Shown here: positions 13,301-28,950 of the stretch, one piece after another | How positions within the stretch are numbered: position 1 is the stretch's first letter | How the letters are laid out: every line of letters begins with the position of its first letter | Assembly: GCA_040437565.1 (NCBI GenBank) | Contig: JBDOQK010000029.1 | Location: 1-64,000, forward strand | DNA length: 64,000 bases | Direction of reading: 5' to 3' | Source of the DNA: Albugo candida | Lineage: Eukaryota | Program-made: the position numbers and the translations under genes | The notes under the pieces: generated by a model | Told to the model about the DNA's origin: nothing | Database searches by the model: none | The model's input: the letters and a program-made list of their open reading frames with translations, nothing else

Positions 13301-16300
13301 GCCCAAGGTGTATCATGCATGCATGCTAGTACCTGTGGATCGCTCCAAGAAAATGTGTTTTTGACCACTTGAAAGATATGCGTGCGCCATGTCAGGATGT
13401 CATCCCACAAGAGAATGTCCTCATATTTATTCGGCAAACGTTCTCGCCATATGTTGATCGCAGGCTTCAGATTTGGAAGTGTGTGCGCCTGACTTGTGCT
13501 TTTGATGTCGACCATCATTTGTATGGATTCTTTCATTTCCACAAACTTGTGGAAGAGATGCATCAAGGGTATATGAGAACGTCCGAGAATACGCGGCATC
13601 ACATGCCACTGCTGTAAAGCAAGCTCTGCGGTTTGCATCATGATAGCATCTGCATTTGCTTTCCGATCTCCATCGAGAACGGCTATGTACAATCGCTGTA
13701 AAGCGATCTCAGGGCAGCCAATATCACCAACCGCTTGTACTGTCGAGGATAATAATTGCTTGGTCCCACTCCAATCACCACGTTTCCAAGCACAGTCGAG
13801 AAGCAATTCTTGATTCTGCGTTGATTTAGCAAAGTCGTTCATAAGTGTCCACTGACACAACTTTTTCGCACACTCGACCCATCGATCTTCCCATAAGCGC
13901 AGTTCGAAGATATTGGTACTCTCTAAAATGTGCGGTTGATGTTGTGCATCTTTCAAAAGCTTAAAGTACATCTCCTGCGCTTCGTGAGTTCCTCCAGCTG
14001 CTTCAATGAATAAAGCCGAAGCTGTTCTTGCATCATGTACATTTTGCAATGATAAACCAACTCTCAAATCATTCTCATTGAGCTTTTTGTACAGTGTATC
14101 CAGCGCTTCGACCCAGCGAAGATGTGATTCCGCGCTCAACGAAGGATTTTGCACGTTGTACTCGCACATGCGCAATGACGGAGTCCACACTCCGTACGTG
14201 GTTGCAACATAAGTCAGAAGCTCTGGAGTCAAAGCCGGCAGATCATTGCGACATGAAACTATTCCATTTAATAAGCTTTGTGTCACACTGGTGGGTGAAT
14301 TCTGCACACGACACGTTGTCGATGTTCGAAGATCTCTGCGATTGTACTTGGATGCGATCGTCTTGATCAAGTTGGGACAAGTTTGAAGCTTTTCTGTTTT
14401 ACTGAGTGTTGGCCATATTTCGCTGAATAGATTGGTCCATAGTGAATCCGCCAGCTCCAAGTCAATATGAATCAAAGAGCGCATCGCATGAATGATACTT
14501 CTTGTGAGCGAGTGTTGGGGTCCGACGTCGCTGGCTTCTTGTGTTGCCGTCTTTCTTGTTTGCGTGATGACAATTGGTGAATCGAGATCCAGACATGCCA
14601 ATAAAGCTTCGATTCCAACAGTGAGCCAGTAACGAGAGCCCAGTAATTGCCAGTCTTGCTTCATTAAATGCTGCAAACACATTCCTGGATCACAATTATG
14701 TCCTCTGCTCAAACTATTGATAAACTTGATTCTCGTTTCTGCATCTACTGCTTGTAATCCAAGCATGCATTGTGATGGTAGAGCGCATGGATCAATAGAC
14801 TGCACTTGTTCTTGGAGCTTCAAATGCAGTTCAAAGTACTCTCTTTGTAGAGGGAGTGAAAGAATTTCATTCACACAATCAAATGTTGACATTTTCGTGA
14901 GAAGTATCGCGCGATCTTTAGATGTGAGAACTTGTTTGACGTCCGATAGCAGCAAAGTCGATACGATTTTGATCACGTCGAGTAGTAGAGGTACGCTTGA
15001 TGAGTTATTCAGACAATGCAAGATGAGATTGACAAAGAGACGTCTGTTTTCGCTGTTTGTGAATGTCGCTTTGGCTAAAAGACGAAAGCACATCATGAGA
15101 ACTTGTATCGTTTTCCGTTGAGTGGTAGTTGAGGTTGTGGAAGCCGTAGAGGATGCTTTTTTCAAAGAAGCTTTGGGACTGAAGACATTTGGAGCTGCTT
15201 TCTCGGAAATTCGTTTGCTTGTAAGAAGCTCTTGGGACCCATGAGCCATGTAGCTTCTTTTATGTTTCTCGTCTTTAAAGCTACGCTTTTGAGAATGGCC
15301 CAGCACTTGCTGCTGCAAAAGCTGTGATCGCCCGCCCTGAAGGTTGTTCCATTCATCGACGATGACTAAGGAGGGAGTCGCCAGCACGCGTGAGCGTGCA
15401 TGTTCACTTGGTGACATCGAGTCCCGAGATAGACCGCTGTTTTTGTTGAGAGACTTTGATAAAGACTGCTGTCGAAGAAGATGTTGTCGCATGCAGATTT
15501 TCGTTAGATTCAATAGTAGAGGCACAAAGGTATCCACAAAGCTTGGAGCGGATTCTGCCATCGCTGCCATAATTCGAAGCACATGTAAAGCCTCACTTGA
15601 ATGGTTTGCATGATCAAATACTGGTTTCAAATTGATCTCAGCGGTCAAACTCTTGCTACTTTGTTCAGAAGAGGTCTTCGCAGTATCTACGGATTCTGAT
15701 TCGGGTGCGTGATTGGAACCCGTTTGATCCTGGGGCTTCTTCATCCGTTTTGTTGCCAAAGTTGACGTCGTGTTTCCATCTGTAGCGTGAGTATGAACAA
15801 GATCCAGCAAGCGTTCATTCAATATATCTCTCAGCCAGCTATAAAATCCACAGGACGTCAGCTCAACCGGAGCATTGGTGGGCGGGAATAGCTACAATNN
15901 NNNNNNNNNNNNNNNNNNNNNNNNNNNNNNNNNNNNNNNNNNNNNNNNNNNNNNNNNNNNNNNNNNNNNNNNNNNNNNNNNNNNNNNNNNNNNNNNNNCC
16001 TGGGGCTTCTTCATCCGTTTTGTTGCCAAAGTTGACGTCGTGTTTCCATCTGTAGCGTGAGTATGAACAAGATCCAGCAAGCGTTCATTCAATATATCTC
16101 TCAGCCAGCTATAAAATCCACAGGACGTCAGCTCAACCGGAGCATTGGTGGGCGGGAATAGCTACAATAGAATTGTACGTCAGTACGTCTCATCAAAAAG
16201 AAGGAATATACAATGCAAGCTTGACTCGCCTCTGATAGTCGTTTAAGGAACCGTGTCAGATGCTCTTGTATCACAGCATTTGTGCGATCAAAGCAAGGCT

Positions 16301-19300
16301 CCAGTAGCTTCATAACTCGCGGTGCATGCTGTAAGATGTATGGGATCGGTTTTGATGTCATTAGTATGATCTCTGGCAAGACCAGTGAGTTGAGTATCCC
16401 GAGAACAGCATGCAATACTGCTATTGACGCAAGAGGAGCTCCTTTTGGTAAGTTGAAGAATGGAGGCATCGAAGGCAAGTGTGCAATTGATGCTGATGTG
16501 TCTAAACTGGCTGGAGATTGACCTCGTAATGCCTGTGTTTGCCGTAAAATAGCCTCTGCAGTAACAGCTATCAGCTTATCAAAGTATGAAAAACGAATTG
16601 CTTGGGACGGCCACAAGCGGATGGCTTTATCGAACAAATTGCCACAGGTACGCGATAGTCGACTCGTTTCTGGTTTGTCTGCTGAAGCCAACGCAAAGCG
16701 TAAGCAGAAATTGAGTATGAGATCAGACATTGCAGCACTGAGTTCAAAGTCATCTTCAGCCTGCAAGGGCCGCGCTGCCCCAATCGGACCACCCATTCCT
16801 TGCTCATTCTCCTCAACCTTCAGGTTAGCCTCATAAGGTACAGCCGTTGGCGCTATGGTGTTGAGATGATCCATTTTTCTCTTCTTCATTTCTTCCGGTG
16901 ACTGTTCTTCATTACGATCTCGTTTCATTCCAGTAATTGGATCCAAGGGAATGTCTCGAGCATTCGACTGTTTAAGATGAAGTCGTTTCCGTCTCACTTG
17001 TTCCCACGCGATAATTACATCAACAATATTGACGGCAAGCCTTCGATTCTCGGGAGTGCTTCGGGGTGGCACAGCCAAACGATTGAGAGAATTGATCATC
17101 AGAGGAACGAATTGGCCACGAAATGGGTAAAATAAAGCAGGATGGCGAACTGTTAGAAACCAAATATGAACTAATTGATCCAATGTATGCCCTTCTTCGT
17201 AGGCGATTTTCTTTGTCCATTTGATCGCCTTAATAAGCTCATTGGGGGGAAGCCGAATAGGAAGCACAGGAAGTAGGATATCCAACGCTTTACGAACCAA
17301 GTATCTCGAATCAATATCATGAGTTCTCAAAAGAGCGACATAAACTTGCAGCACGATTTTGGGTGGTGTTTCGTATCCGGCAATGAAACGACATACGTTG
17401 ACATAAGCCCAGAGCTTGGATGTCATGTTGGAAGCTTTTAAATGATTCCACGCGAATTTGATCACCTCCTTCCTCTGATCTGTGACGTATTTACTCATAT
17501 GCTGAATCAGTAAAGTGCCAAGTTTCAGTAACGCAATTCGAAGACTTTGTTGTGCACTCGTTGGCTGATCTTTGCTTGCGAGAATTTCTCTCAGAGTCCA
17601 ATTGATTGTCTCATTGTCCATCACTTCGGTATTCTGTATATTTTTGTCGGCAAATGTTGCAGAAAGTATCGGGAGAATCAAGACTTGTATGGCTGTTACT
17701 TTGAGATCTTCGATGACACAAGGATCGCGAAGCATACGGAGAAACATTCGCACGATAGTTCTTCGATTCGCGGCTGAGTAGGTCACAGCAACTTCATCAA
17801 TAAAAAAGCGTTTGACAAAGCTAAAGTCGAGCGCACTTTGATGGAGAAAGACTGAAAGAATGTCGAATAGAGCCTGTGCATCCTCTGGTTTGGATCGGCA
17901 GTACAGAATGAAGCATTTCACGAGCAGCTTGGTCTCGCTATGATACCGGATGGGAAGATTGCCCAAACTTTGCACACGTTGTTGTCTTGCAGGTGCACGC
18001 CAAAGCTTTCTTAGGCAGTCGATCAACACCGGCTGGAACGCTAACCATTTTCGATGGAGCTTGCTGATAGTTCTGATTATCCGGAGCCCTTGATGATGTA
18101 ACTCCAACGCGTCGTACTGAGTTCTTGAAACAAGTGAGCTGGATGGACTTGAGCTACTCTCTTGTGCTGGATGCGAAGGAGCTGAACTGTGTGCTCGTGC
18201 GAGTTTTGCTTGAGCCTGAGCTTTGGCTTGGTGAACATAGGAAGCTTGTGCTTGTTTGGCCTTTTCTTGGGCCTGTACGGGTTCGAGTCCTCGTTCCTGC
18301 GCTGCGGCTAGCGTTTGAGCATGTACTTTTTGTGCATTGACTTGAATTAGAGCATGTAATTGCTGTGCTTGGTGCTGAGAAACCAAAGGACTTAAAGAGT
18401 GTGAAGGAATGGCATTCTGATTTGCCTGACTTTGGGCTTTTGCAATGTAATCCTTACTTGCAGTTTGCGCCTTCACTTGCGCCTCTGCCAGCGGTATACC
18501 TTGCGCTTGTGCTGCTGCCAGAGTTTGTGCGTGTAGCTTTTGAGCATTCGCTTGAATTTGAATTTGTGACTGTGCCTTGAACGCTTGTTGAGCATTTACT
18601 TGAGCATGCGCTCTAGCAACATAAGCCGCTCTAGCTTGCATTCCTCTAGCTTCAGCAGCTGATGTAGACATTCCTTGGGCTTGTGCTGTGGCGATGGCCT
18701 GAGCTGCCGCCTTCTGAGCGTTCAGCTGGATTTGGGTATGAAGCTTGTTTTCTTCGGACGTATCGGTAGTTTTCATCTCAGCGGACGTAGCTACCGAAAT
18801 TTTTGAAGCGGTAGCAAATGTGGCAGCGATGAGTGCTTCCGCACCTCCATCTCCAATAATGACAGCACGGATTGGAGCAGCCTCATCAAATTTGATTATA
18901 TGCTGAAATAGCGACGAGAACTTGAGATTGACTAAATGTTCCTGCTTTAAAAAGAAAGCCGTGGCCATTGTTGCGTATCGACTGAGAAATCTTGTTAGCG
19001 GTAGGCGATATGGTGAGCTCAATTTTCCAAAATTCCCAAATTGCGGCATCACTTCCTCCAACGCTATGACGCATACTACTAGTGGTTCCAGAAAGGCTTC
19101 ATTTGGAGGAAGTAAATGAAACAAATTGATGATTGCAGCCGCTACCAAAGGCTCTTCACCACGCTTCCAAATTCCCGCTTTGATGATTCGATCCGGTTCA
19201 CGCCATTGTTTCAAGTGCTCCAATAGCTTTTCTCCAAGAGTGACGTTAAAACAATTGCTCAGTAGTGATAGCAATCGAGAAAGCCCATCCAACAGCGATA

Positions 19301-22300
19301 AATTGAGTTTTCTATAATCCGCTAGATTGAGTAAGACTGGCCGTAGACATTGTTGCAAAAGTTCTTTCGGAAGAGATATATCTTTGTTTTGTTTGTTCAG
19401 ATAAATGACATCTTTGAGTGCTTGTTGTGCTGCTTCCACCAACTCGAGTGGCTGGTCGATTAGATGTCGGAAAAAAATACCAACAAAACGATTGCATGCT
19501 TCTGGATGCTTCCTCAATTCATCTGGAGCAGCTAGGAAAGCCGCACGTAAGAGTTTTACAGCTGCGACTTTAGCTTCGGTGTGCTGAGATAGCCCAAATG
19601 GATACTCGTGTGCGGATGCCGACAATCTTGCGTTTGTGACCGCATGTAGCCCGTTATCCGCGCCATCGTGGATCGCCAGCGTATCTTGACGTGGAATTGA
19701 ATTGAATGAGTCACTTGATGTTGTCGATCCTTCCGATATGATAACCCATAGATCTTGTAAGAGTCCCATTAAGTCTTCCGTCATCTTCAAGATCGGAGGA
19801 CTGAGAGTGAGAATATATGCCAATGCGTCCACGTATCCCGTCCTAATCTGAGCGAGGGTATGACAATGACACTTGGCTGCTTGATTCATGATAAATTGAC
19901 AATAAGGGTGCAATAGGGAGGATATAGAGCAATGCGATAGCGATGAAATTCTCTCGATGCCTTTTTTCGCGTACAAACGCGATGCGTTATGAGAGCTCAG
20001 CAACTCCACAACACAGCACTGCAAAATCTCTCTATCCTGTAAAAGAACACATGTATGGAACCTGGTCGATTGGGTGGGATTTGCAAAAATCTCATTCGGT
20101 TGATGCCGTACTTCCCATGCTTTAGTTATCACTGCAAGAAAGGCTTGACCCGCTTCAGACTGAACCACCGTAGTCATCTCGACGGGATGCGTGGTAAGCA
20201 CGAAAAAGAGAGATCGAACAATGCTGATTTGATTTTCATGGCACCAGAAAGCATCTAATAAATCCACAAGACAACGTAAGCCGATGGCTCCAGCAAGGCT
20301 ATTCCGCCAATCTGTCCTGTCATAGCAAGTATGACAGAAAATATCGCATACGATTTTGACCGCACCACCTGCTTTCTGTATAAAAACTTGCTTGGATCCA
20401 AAGTGATTATCACCCGTTTCAATGAGTTTTGATAAGACTCTTTTGCCAGTACTAATCACTTCCTGTCTGGAAGAGCCCAACGATCGAAGGATAACTCTGA
20501 TGAATGTTTCGAAACCACGTACAAATTCATCGTCTGTGACCTTGGAGACGCCATACGCTGCAGCGATCCACAGCTGAGCTTTCTTGTGCGATATGCTATC
20601 ACCAATAGAATTGCTTGTTTGTTCAGTATTTGAATCATCCTGGAGGTTTCTGGCTTCCTCTGAATCTAGCGGTTCACGATAAGCTCGCTGGATGGCTTGA
20701 CGCATGAAATAAGTGCTCACTTCATCCAGTAAATGACTGGCTTCTTCACCGATATCCATATCGGGCGCAGTCTCCATCAAAGTCTCCAACAGTACTTGAT
20801 GAAATCCTGAGTTTCCCCAAGTCATTTCTGTCTTTGATGTTGCTCGATCTTTTCGTGTTGTGACTTTGTCGATATCAAACACAATGCTTGTGAGATTATT
20901 GATCAGGATGGAAGCCTGACTTTTATAATACGAAATCGATGACAAAAGCTCCTTTCTGGTTTCATCTTCCAATAGTTTGGTCATCTCATCTTTTTCAGCC
21001 GAAATTGCGGTAGCAGCATCACAGTCTCCTTCTTCAGCTTGTATGGACGATACGATATCAGCTTCGGCAATTCTCCATTGCTGTGGAGTTTTCCGATAAT
21101 AACGACGAAGAATTTGAGCTGCACTTAGAACGGGGCCCATAATATCCAATTTCAAACTGCTTTGTTCGTGTTTCCACCGTAAGCTTAATTGTATCGATGA
21201 CTTCAGTGAGGTGTTTGCTTCAATGTCGAAAAGTCGGGTATCCTGCAAATACTGCCTGTTTTTTCCTCCCAGTTTGCCCAAAATTCGTAAGGCTAGCTCG
21301 CCATATAGATAAGGTTCTGGTAGAAGATGCGTCTCCAAAGCTTGTATGATTTCTGTTAAAAGCCGATCCTGTGATGTCATAATGGGATACAAAAAGTCCG
21401 GGTTCAAATTGTCGACCCAAAACTCGAATGTTCGCAATCCGAGGTAGGCCAATTCACCCTGTGCATGAATAGCTCTGATAACGGATTTCATCAAAATTGG
21501 TAGATACTGAAGCAATGAGCTCAGGCGAGCTGGGATTGTAAGACACAGTTCCAGTAGAATTTCTTGCAACAAACTGTCCTGGATATTATCCTGAAGCCTC
21601 ATGATGGCTGATAAAATCTCGGGTAAAATAGGAAGAACCTCTTTGTAGAATATCTCGTACTTTCCTCCTGAGATGCTTCGAAACAATGCTCGTAAAAGCA
21701 GCAGATAGTTGTCCGGATGCTTTGTCAAGGTGGCTTTTTGCAAGCAGGATTCGATGACGGTGCGCAGATGCGGATAAAGTGCAGCTTCATTCGACTTGTA
21801 GAGCGTCACAGATCCAAAAACGATTTTGAACAGCCGCACAATGATCGATGCTCGATGCTCAGGTGATATGTATCGCATTTTTTCAAATTTTAATGATTCA
21901 AGCGAGAGAAGTTTTCGTTGTCGGTCGATATCGGACAAGTTTGGCTCTGTTTCGACACCAAGTTCATCCATATGCGCTACTAAGAACTTGAGCAATATTT
22001 CAGCAAACCAGCAGCTGACATTTGCGTTTGCCAAAAAGTGCTGCGGGATTGTCAGTATGGCGTGGTCCTGTAGAATGCATTCGTAAAGCTGAGCGAAATT
22101 GTTTGTGAACAGATCTCTGAAATCTGTAGCATCCAGCACCGTGAATGCTCCGGCAAAGTGATCCAAAAGCTGTTTCTCTTCCGCAAGACTGCTCTCAGAG
22201 AGTGTATATAATACAAAGCACCGTAATCCATTCTGTAAAACTCTGGCGATGAGATGTCGTTCATCATCGCTAAGTGATAAGGAATGAGTATCGATTACTT

Positions 22301-24119
22301 TATCTACTGGCCCCGATCCACCACTATACGAGCCCAACACTTCTGGCTGAATATCCATACCGGAAACAGCTTCTGGAAATGTGGATTTTATCGCTGTATC
22401 TCCCATGTTGACATTTTCGGTGTGACTTCCCTCCTTCGCCTCTGAGTTGCGATAGTTAGCGGCACACCATACAACGGCACGCACCCCAAGTATCATTGTC
22501 TTTAGCAATGATTTCACGTCGCTTAGATTGGGTTCTTCCACACATATGGTATCATCATCGTTTTGTCGGGAATATGGAGATAGAAGCTGGCGAAGCTGTA
22601 TTTCGTGCTGTATGATTTTTTTGTCATCTTTGGAAAGTAAATTCGACATATGTAACTTTTTCATGGCTCCACCATCATGCAAATCTGAGCTCGTGTCTTT
22701 CGATTTGTGAAGATCATTTAGAACAGCACGCGGTAGTATCGAGAGGATGGACCCAAATTTTGCGGAGATGACTAATAAAATTCGAGACAAAATGTTGCGG
22801 CCGTGCCATCCATCCACTTCAATGTTCTTCGCACTTATGTCGACAAGATTGAGCAGCAGTCTGATTGATGTGGTTTGAATTGATAGCGGCAGTCTGGTGT
22901 CGTGGATTCGTTTGCCATAAAAATCAACAATCTTCCCCACTTGAACCAGTGTCAACATGTCACGTACGTGGTGTATCATGTCAGCCAGTGTTGAGTATGC
23001 AAGTGGACGAATTTGGGCGGCGGAATTGGAATTGTTTCCCATCAAAACTGCGTCATCCATCAACGTATCAAGTTGCGTGTAAAATCCACGCCGAAATTCG
23101 GTTGATATGATGTGTCGAGTTGCAACAAATATATCTTTTCGGAGAAGCAGAGCATCTTCCGGACAAGCTATCAGCAGCTTCACAGCGCTTTCACAGATGG
23201 TGTTCTGATAAGGGCGCATGAGGTCTGCACATCCTCGCTGCAGATACGTGACAAAAGACAGTGTTTTCACCTGTGAGTCTAACAGATCATGATAGCGATC
23301 AGGGTGTAGCCGAGTTGCATCTTGAGGCGCTTGCAATGATATCGCTGACATCATCAAAGGCACAAGAACTGGAATATAATTCTCAATATAGGTTGGATAG
23401 CACTGGAAGAGAAGCATTATGATCAGTGGTAACTCAGCAATTGTTTTGAATGACTCCATGCTTCTAAAAAGTATATTTGATTCTCTCTTTGATTCTTCTA
23501 TAGGCAATTTGGCTGATGATGCGTTTACGACTTCGTGGTCCCCTAGATCAATATCTTTCCCATTAGAAGAAGCTGAAAGATCTCTAAATGCATTCTCATT
23601 ATCAATTGTATCATTATTTTCAGAGGAATCAACGCGTGTCGATGCAACATTATTGGATGACGCAAATTGTATCTTCAGTGTTTGTTCCATTTTTTGATAC
23701 ACTTCTTTAACAAACTCTAAGAACGTCTCCACTTCACCACGAAGACCTGGACGATAGTTTCGATGTAAAGTGAACATAGTTTTAAGAGCGCATAGACTAT
23801 TCTCTTCATTATCTCTACGGAGGACATCCATGAGAAGGTGTAAAAGATGCGCCACATATGGTCGCATCCTCTCGTTGCTTGGTAGTCGATTTATGATCTG
23901 AAGCAGCAGTTTACGGCATCGATTGATAGGATTATCTGCAATCTGCGGTGATAAGGTTGTCTGTAATAGTTTGCTCCAGACAGGAAATAGAGACTCTAAC
24001 ATCTGACTCAAGTGATCCGTAGGAATAGCATCAACATGACGAAAGAGTTCAAGCAACTCTTGATATACAATCTCAATATCTTCGCCGAGGAGCTTCTGAC
24101 GAAGAATATCCAAATTCAT
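10388..24119 (-). CDS. TRRAP: TRRAP/Tra1 PIKK-family pseudokinase (SAGA/NuA4 scaffold), 5 predicted exons
   Basis: N-terminal HEAT region (DNEEN, SFKTIAELPLIIMLLFQ, ELCLTIPARLSSLL, GLRTFEFWVDNL), FAT region (LWEDRW..CAKKLCQW, WRERLPNKYEDILLW), kinase-like domain with ERS replacing catalytic DRH, and FATC end LYPTWEPWI. Introns at 16162-16229 (GC-AG), 12632-12690 (GC-AG), 11297-11353 and 10875-10934. The frame joins once the 15729-16168 duplication/gap is collapsed. Confidence 0.95.
15729..16168. repeat. 170-bp exact duplication flanking a 100-N gap inside TRRAP (assembly artefact)
   Basis: 15729-15898 equals 15999-16168; collapsing the two restores a continuous TRRAP frame. Confidence 0.9.
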
Positions 24120-24496
24120 GGTCGGTTTGAGCTGCACGAATAATGTCTGCGTATATCCTATATTGATGTTCACACATTACTTTATTTTTCCGGGATTGAT
24201 GCATTTGACAATGGACAGCACCTAACGATGCAGCTTTGCGCACGAAGCAGTGGCGGTTCTTCGCGGACGATACAAACTTAGTCGAGTAGTCAGCTATCCT
24301 CGATACATGCACCCGTTACTTCAGCTATTGATAATCGTGAATTCGTAATAGGGATATTGAGTGGTATATTTGCGAGAAAAAATGGTGAAATCTCTGTGAG
24401 AAGCTTAGTTGTGAAGTGAAGAATCACACTGTGGTTATCTAATGACAGCAGAACAAAGCATGCAGATGTGCATGGCTTCTTGCAACTGAGATACCC

Positions 24497-26026
24497 ATGG
24501 TCACAGAATGGAAGCGACCAAATATTATGTGGCGAGCGATACGCAGCAACGCTACTAATCACATCACAAAGAGGTTTTCATTTCATCAAATTAGAATTTT
24601 CTCTCATGTTACCAATCGCACATGTTCCTGGTGTTTTTGCCATGTCTCGATGCTGTCCTCCTATACTTTTGACAAACAGCTAACCGTCCGTTCTTTCTCA
24701 TGTCACCCAATTTCTTTTGACTACAAATACCCCCGTGCTTGGGTGCGAATACCATTGCTCTATACTTCACATGAGCCTATACGGACGATGATAGCACCCA
24801 CATGACTTGTTGTATACGTATGAACGCTTTTTTATATTCCTCTTGCAGTTTTGCGCGCGTCTTAAAAGTAAAGGGTTCTGGAGCTGCTGCTCAACACAAG
24901 TGCCAATTCAAAGAAAACTTAATATGCCTCCACTTTACCATGCATCTTGCCCGCTCGTCTACATCTCATTTTCCGACCATGCAATCACCACGGAGACTAT
25001 AAACCGCCACAAATTGGGGTTTTCTATTCAGAAATCTCGAGATGTGCATAGAGATTGAATGTTCCACGTGCCATTAAAGCAACACGGATGGGATGTGGCA
25101 AACATACTACAACCGCGTTAGCAGGGTGGAAACGACAATTTCATTCTCGCGCTAATCTATCGTCATGACGTAGGTGTCGGTGAAAAGGATCGGTGCCCGT
25201 TTGGACCACTGNNNNNNNNNNNNNNNNNNNNNNNNNNNNNNNNNNNNNNNNNNNNNNNNNNNNNNNNNNNNNNNNNNNNNNNNNNNNNNNNNNNNNNNNN
25301 NNNNNNNNNNNATGGTCACAGAATGGAAGCGACCAAATATTATGTGGCGAGCGATACGCAGCAACGCTACTAATCACATCACAAAGAGGTTTTCATTTCA
25401 TCAAATTAGAATTTTCTCTCATGTTACCAATCGCACATGTTCCTGGTGTTTTTGCCATGTCTCGATGCTGTCCTCCTATACTTTTGACAAACAGCTAACC
25501 GTCCGTTCTTTCTCATGTCACCCAATTTCTTTTGACTACAAATACCCCCGTGCTTGGGTGCGAATACCATTGCTCTATACTTCACATGAGCCTATACGGA
25601 CGATGATAGCACCCACATGACTTGTTGTATACGTATGAACGCTTTTTTATATTCCTCTTGCAGTTTTGCGCGCGTCTTAAAAGTAAAGGGTTCTGGAGCT
25701 GCTGCTCAACACAAGTGCCAATTCAAAGAAAACTTAATATGCCTCCACTTTACCATGCATCTTGCCCGCTCGTCTACATCTCATTTTCCGACCATGCAAT
25801 CACCACGGAGACTATAAACCGCCACAAATTGGGGTTTTCTATTCAGAAATCTCGAGATGTGCATAGAGATTGAATGTTCCACGTGCCATTAAAGCAACAC
25901 GGATGGGATGTGGCAAACATACTACAACCGCGTTAGCAGGGTGGAAACGACAATTTCATTCTCGCGCTAATCTATCGTCATGACGTAGGTGTCGGTGAAA
26001 AGGATCGGTGCCCGTTTGGACCACTG
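24497..26026. repeat. 715-bp apparently identical direct duplication around a 100-N gap (probable uncollapsed contig overlap)
   Basis: 24497-25211 matches 25312-26026 (offset 815); the ORF track gives identical peptides in both copies. Confidence 0.85.
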
Positions 26027-28089
26027 GAAATCATCAGTAAAGATAGCTATCTCCGCCAGACGTCTCAATCAAACAGTTCACGCTGCAACCAAAATGTGCT
26101 TTCGATTTGTATCAATTAGCAGTTTCAACCGTGATCACTCGACCTATTCTTTTAGTACATGAGTAGGTGCTGGACAAGTTCCGCCCGTTGCAATGCTGAC
26201 TATAGACTGTAGCTAAACTGCGATAGAACGTAATGCGCCTTCGTCAATACCGACTTCAGAAAGCATCATGAAAGACTTGGCACCTAAATGTGCGACGTTA
26301 GCGCTCGGACTACCGTCAAATTCACAGTCTACAGAGTTGCAGCAAGAACGACCAGTGACCCGATTACGAATTGATACCGACACAGTGCGAGAGCACTAGT
26401 TTCTCGATTTACGAAATTTTTTGTGTATTTTCGGATCGTATTTCTCGTCATTCTTGGACTGTTATTGCATTCCTCGAGATTGTACCTATTGTACTATAAA
26501 ATAACATCACATATTATTCAGCCATTTTTCATACAAAGTAGCCAGCTATGCTGGTGCACTACTTGTCGTGCTGTCTGTGTTAGGTCTTTATAAACTTCAT
26601 CAGCAGCGAATGTGTGTGACCTTGGGAAAGCATAAGCATGCTATTACTTCGGTACGTTCTTATCAGTGAATAAGTGAATGCAATGGTTTCATTAATTTTC
26701 TGATTTTCAAGTCTATCATTTTGAGCATTGGAGGAGCGACTGTACTTGCATTAGCCGGATGTATGGCGATTTTGCTGCGGAATTTCGCTCGATGCTATAT
26801 CCAGCGCATTTGAAACCCGCCAAGTTTGATTTTATGGTGGCTGTAGTGAAAATACCCCTTTTATTTGCTTCCAAACACCCATCTTGTTGGCATTCATCTA
26901 GCCCGGTATACTACAAGCTTGCGGTACAGATTGGTATAATGGGACTTTTTGTAAGTCGCGCGTGTCTCTAGTAAAATCTATAGCGGTAAGATCAACCGGC
27001 AAGGAGTTTCTAACACGTGTATAAAAGCAGGCACAGTAAGGATCGCTCTCATTGTAGCTATGCCGGTCTGTTTCTGTTCATCATACACTAGCTTGGTTGT
27101 TCAGTCGGGCTATTTACCTATAGAATGATCACATCAGTAGATACGCCTTGGTTATGAATCAACAAAAACTTGTTTGCGTTCTCAATACTATAACGAGTGA
27201 GATCTGTTGTGTCGAACTACCACAATTTATTTGCATCGTTTGAGAATCATCAAATCTCGCGTCCATACACATGCAAATCATTGACATGTCCTCATGCATA
27301 TCAAGACGCAGGGACAAAATTTCAAGGGTGTTCCAATCTTTCGTCAATGCAGATTTATAATGACATTTCAAATGCAGATTTTCGCACGAAATTAAAGATC
27401 TTGCTGATCAAAATGTTGCTTGATCCGCATCAAACGGCACTTACATACTATAGTATCCGCGACCCAAGGATCGTTTTTCATGATATCGAGCTGTTTTGTG
27501 TTACTTTGCAATGAAAAATACTGATACGAAGTCGGATTGACAAGTATGCATCAAGAAAGTGAATATTACGACCATGTACGTCTATGGCTCTTGTCAAACT
27601 GCAATGCCAATTCTGATTGCTAATATTGTTATAGACTTGGTTACTGCAGGATATAGAACGAAGGTACCAGCTCATGTTGTAGAAAAAGCTTTGTCAAGAT
27701 CGCAAGTAGGAGAAGAGATGGGAATTAAAAGATCAGTAATTACCCAGTCATAACGTACTTGAAGCGTCTTTTACCAGTGTCGGATGAGCTTCAGTATTGA
27801 TGCACTTATAATCCTCAGCATCATGTTTTCTTAATTCAGATCGATAAATGTTCTCATAAACGAGATTTGCAGCTCATTGAACTGTGTTGCATCATGATTG
27901 CAGCAAAATTGAATGGTTCAGAACGTAAAGCTCCGTTTGAAGGAATATCTGGGACTTTGGAAATCGTGCATATACGTGCAAAAAAATAAATCAGATGGAG
28001 CTTCGTTTTTGTCAAAGTGAGCACTAATAATGCACAGATCGAACCATGTCATCAATCAGTTCGCCAACGTAGCCTTTCATGGTGCTTGA

Positions 28090-28950
<861 letters not shown>

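Noticed and set aside
15729..16168. Apparent split of TRRAP into two genes or an exon duplication
   Set aside because: Explained by the gap-flanking duplication plus a 68-nt intron.
24497..26026. 715-bp direct repeat as an LTR pair or recent tandem duplication
   Set aside because: The copies end exactly at the edges of a 100-N gap, lack TG...CA termini, and the same pattern occurs at the 10111 and 15899 gaps; most likely an uncollapsed overlap.
26500..27950. Short ORFs 26759-27753 as a gene or pseudogene
   Set aside because: No recognisable motif or consistent splice structure.
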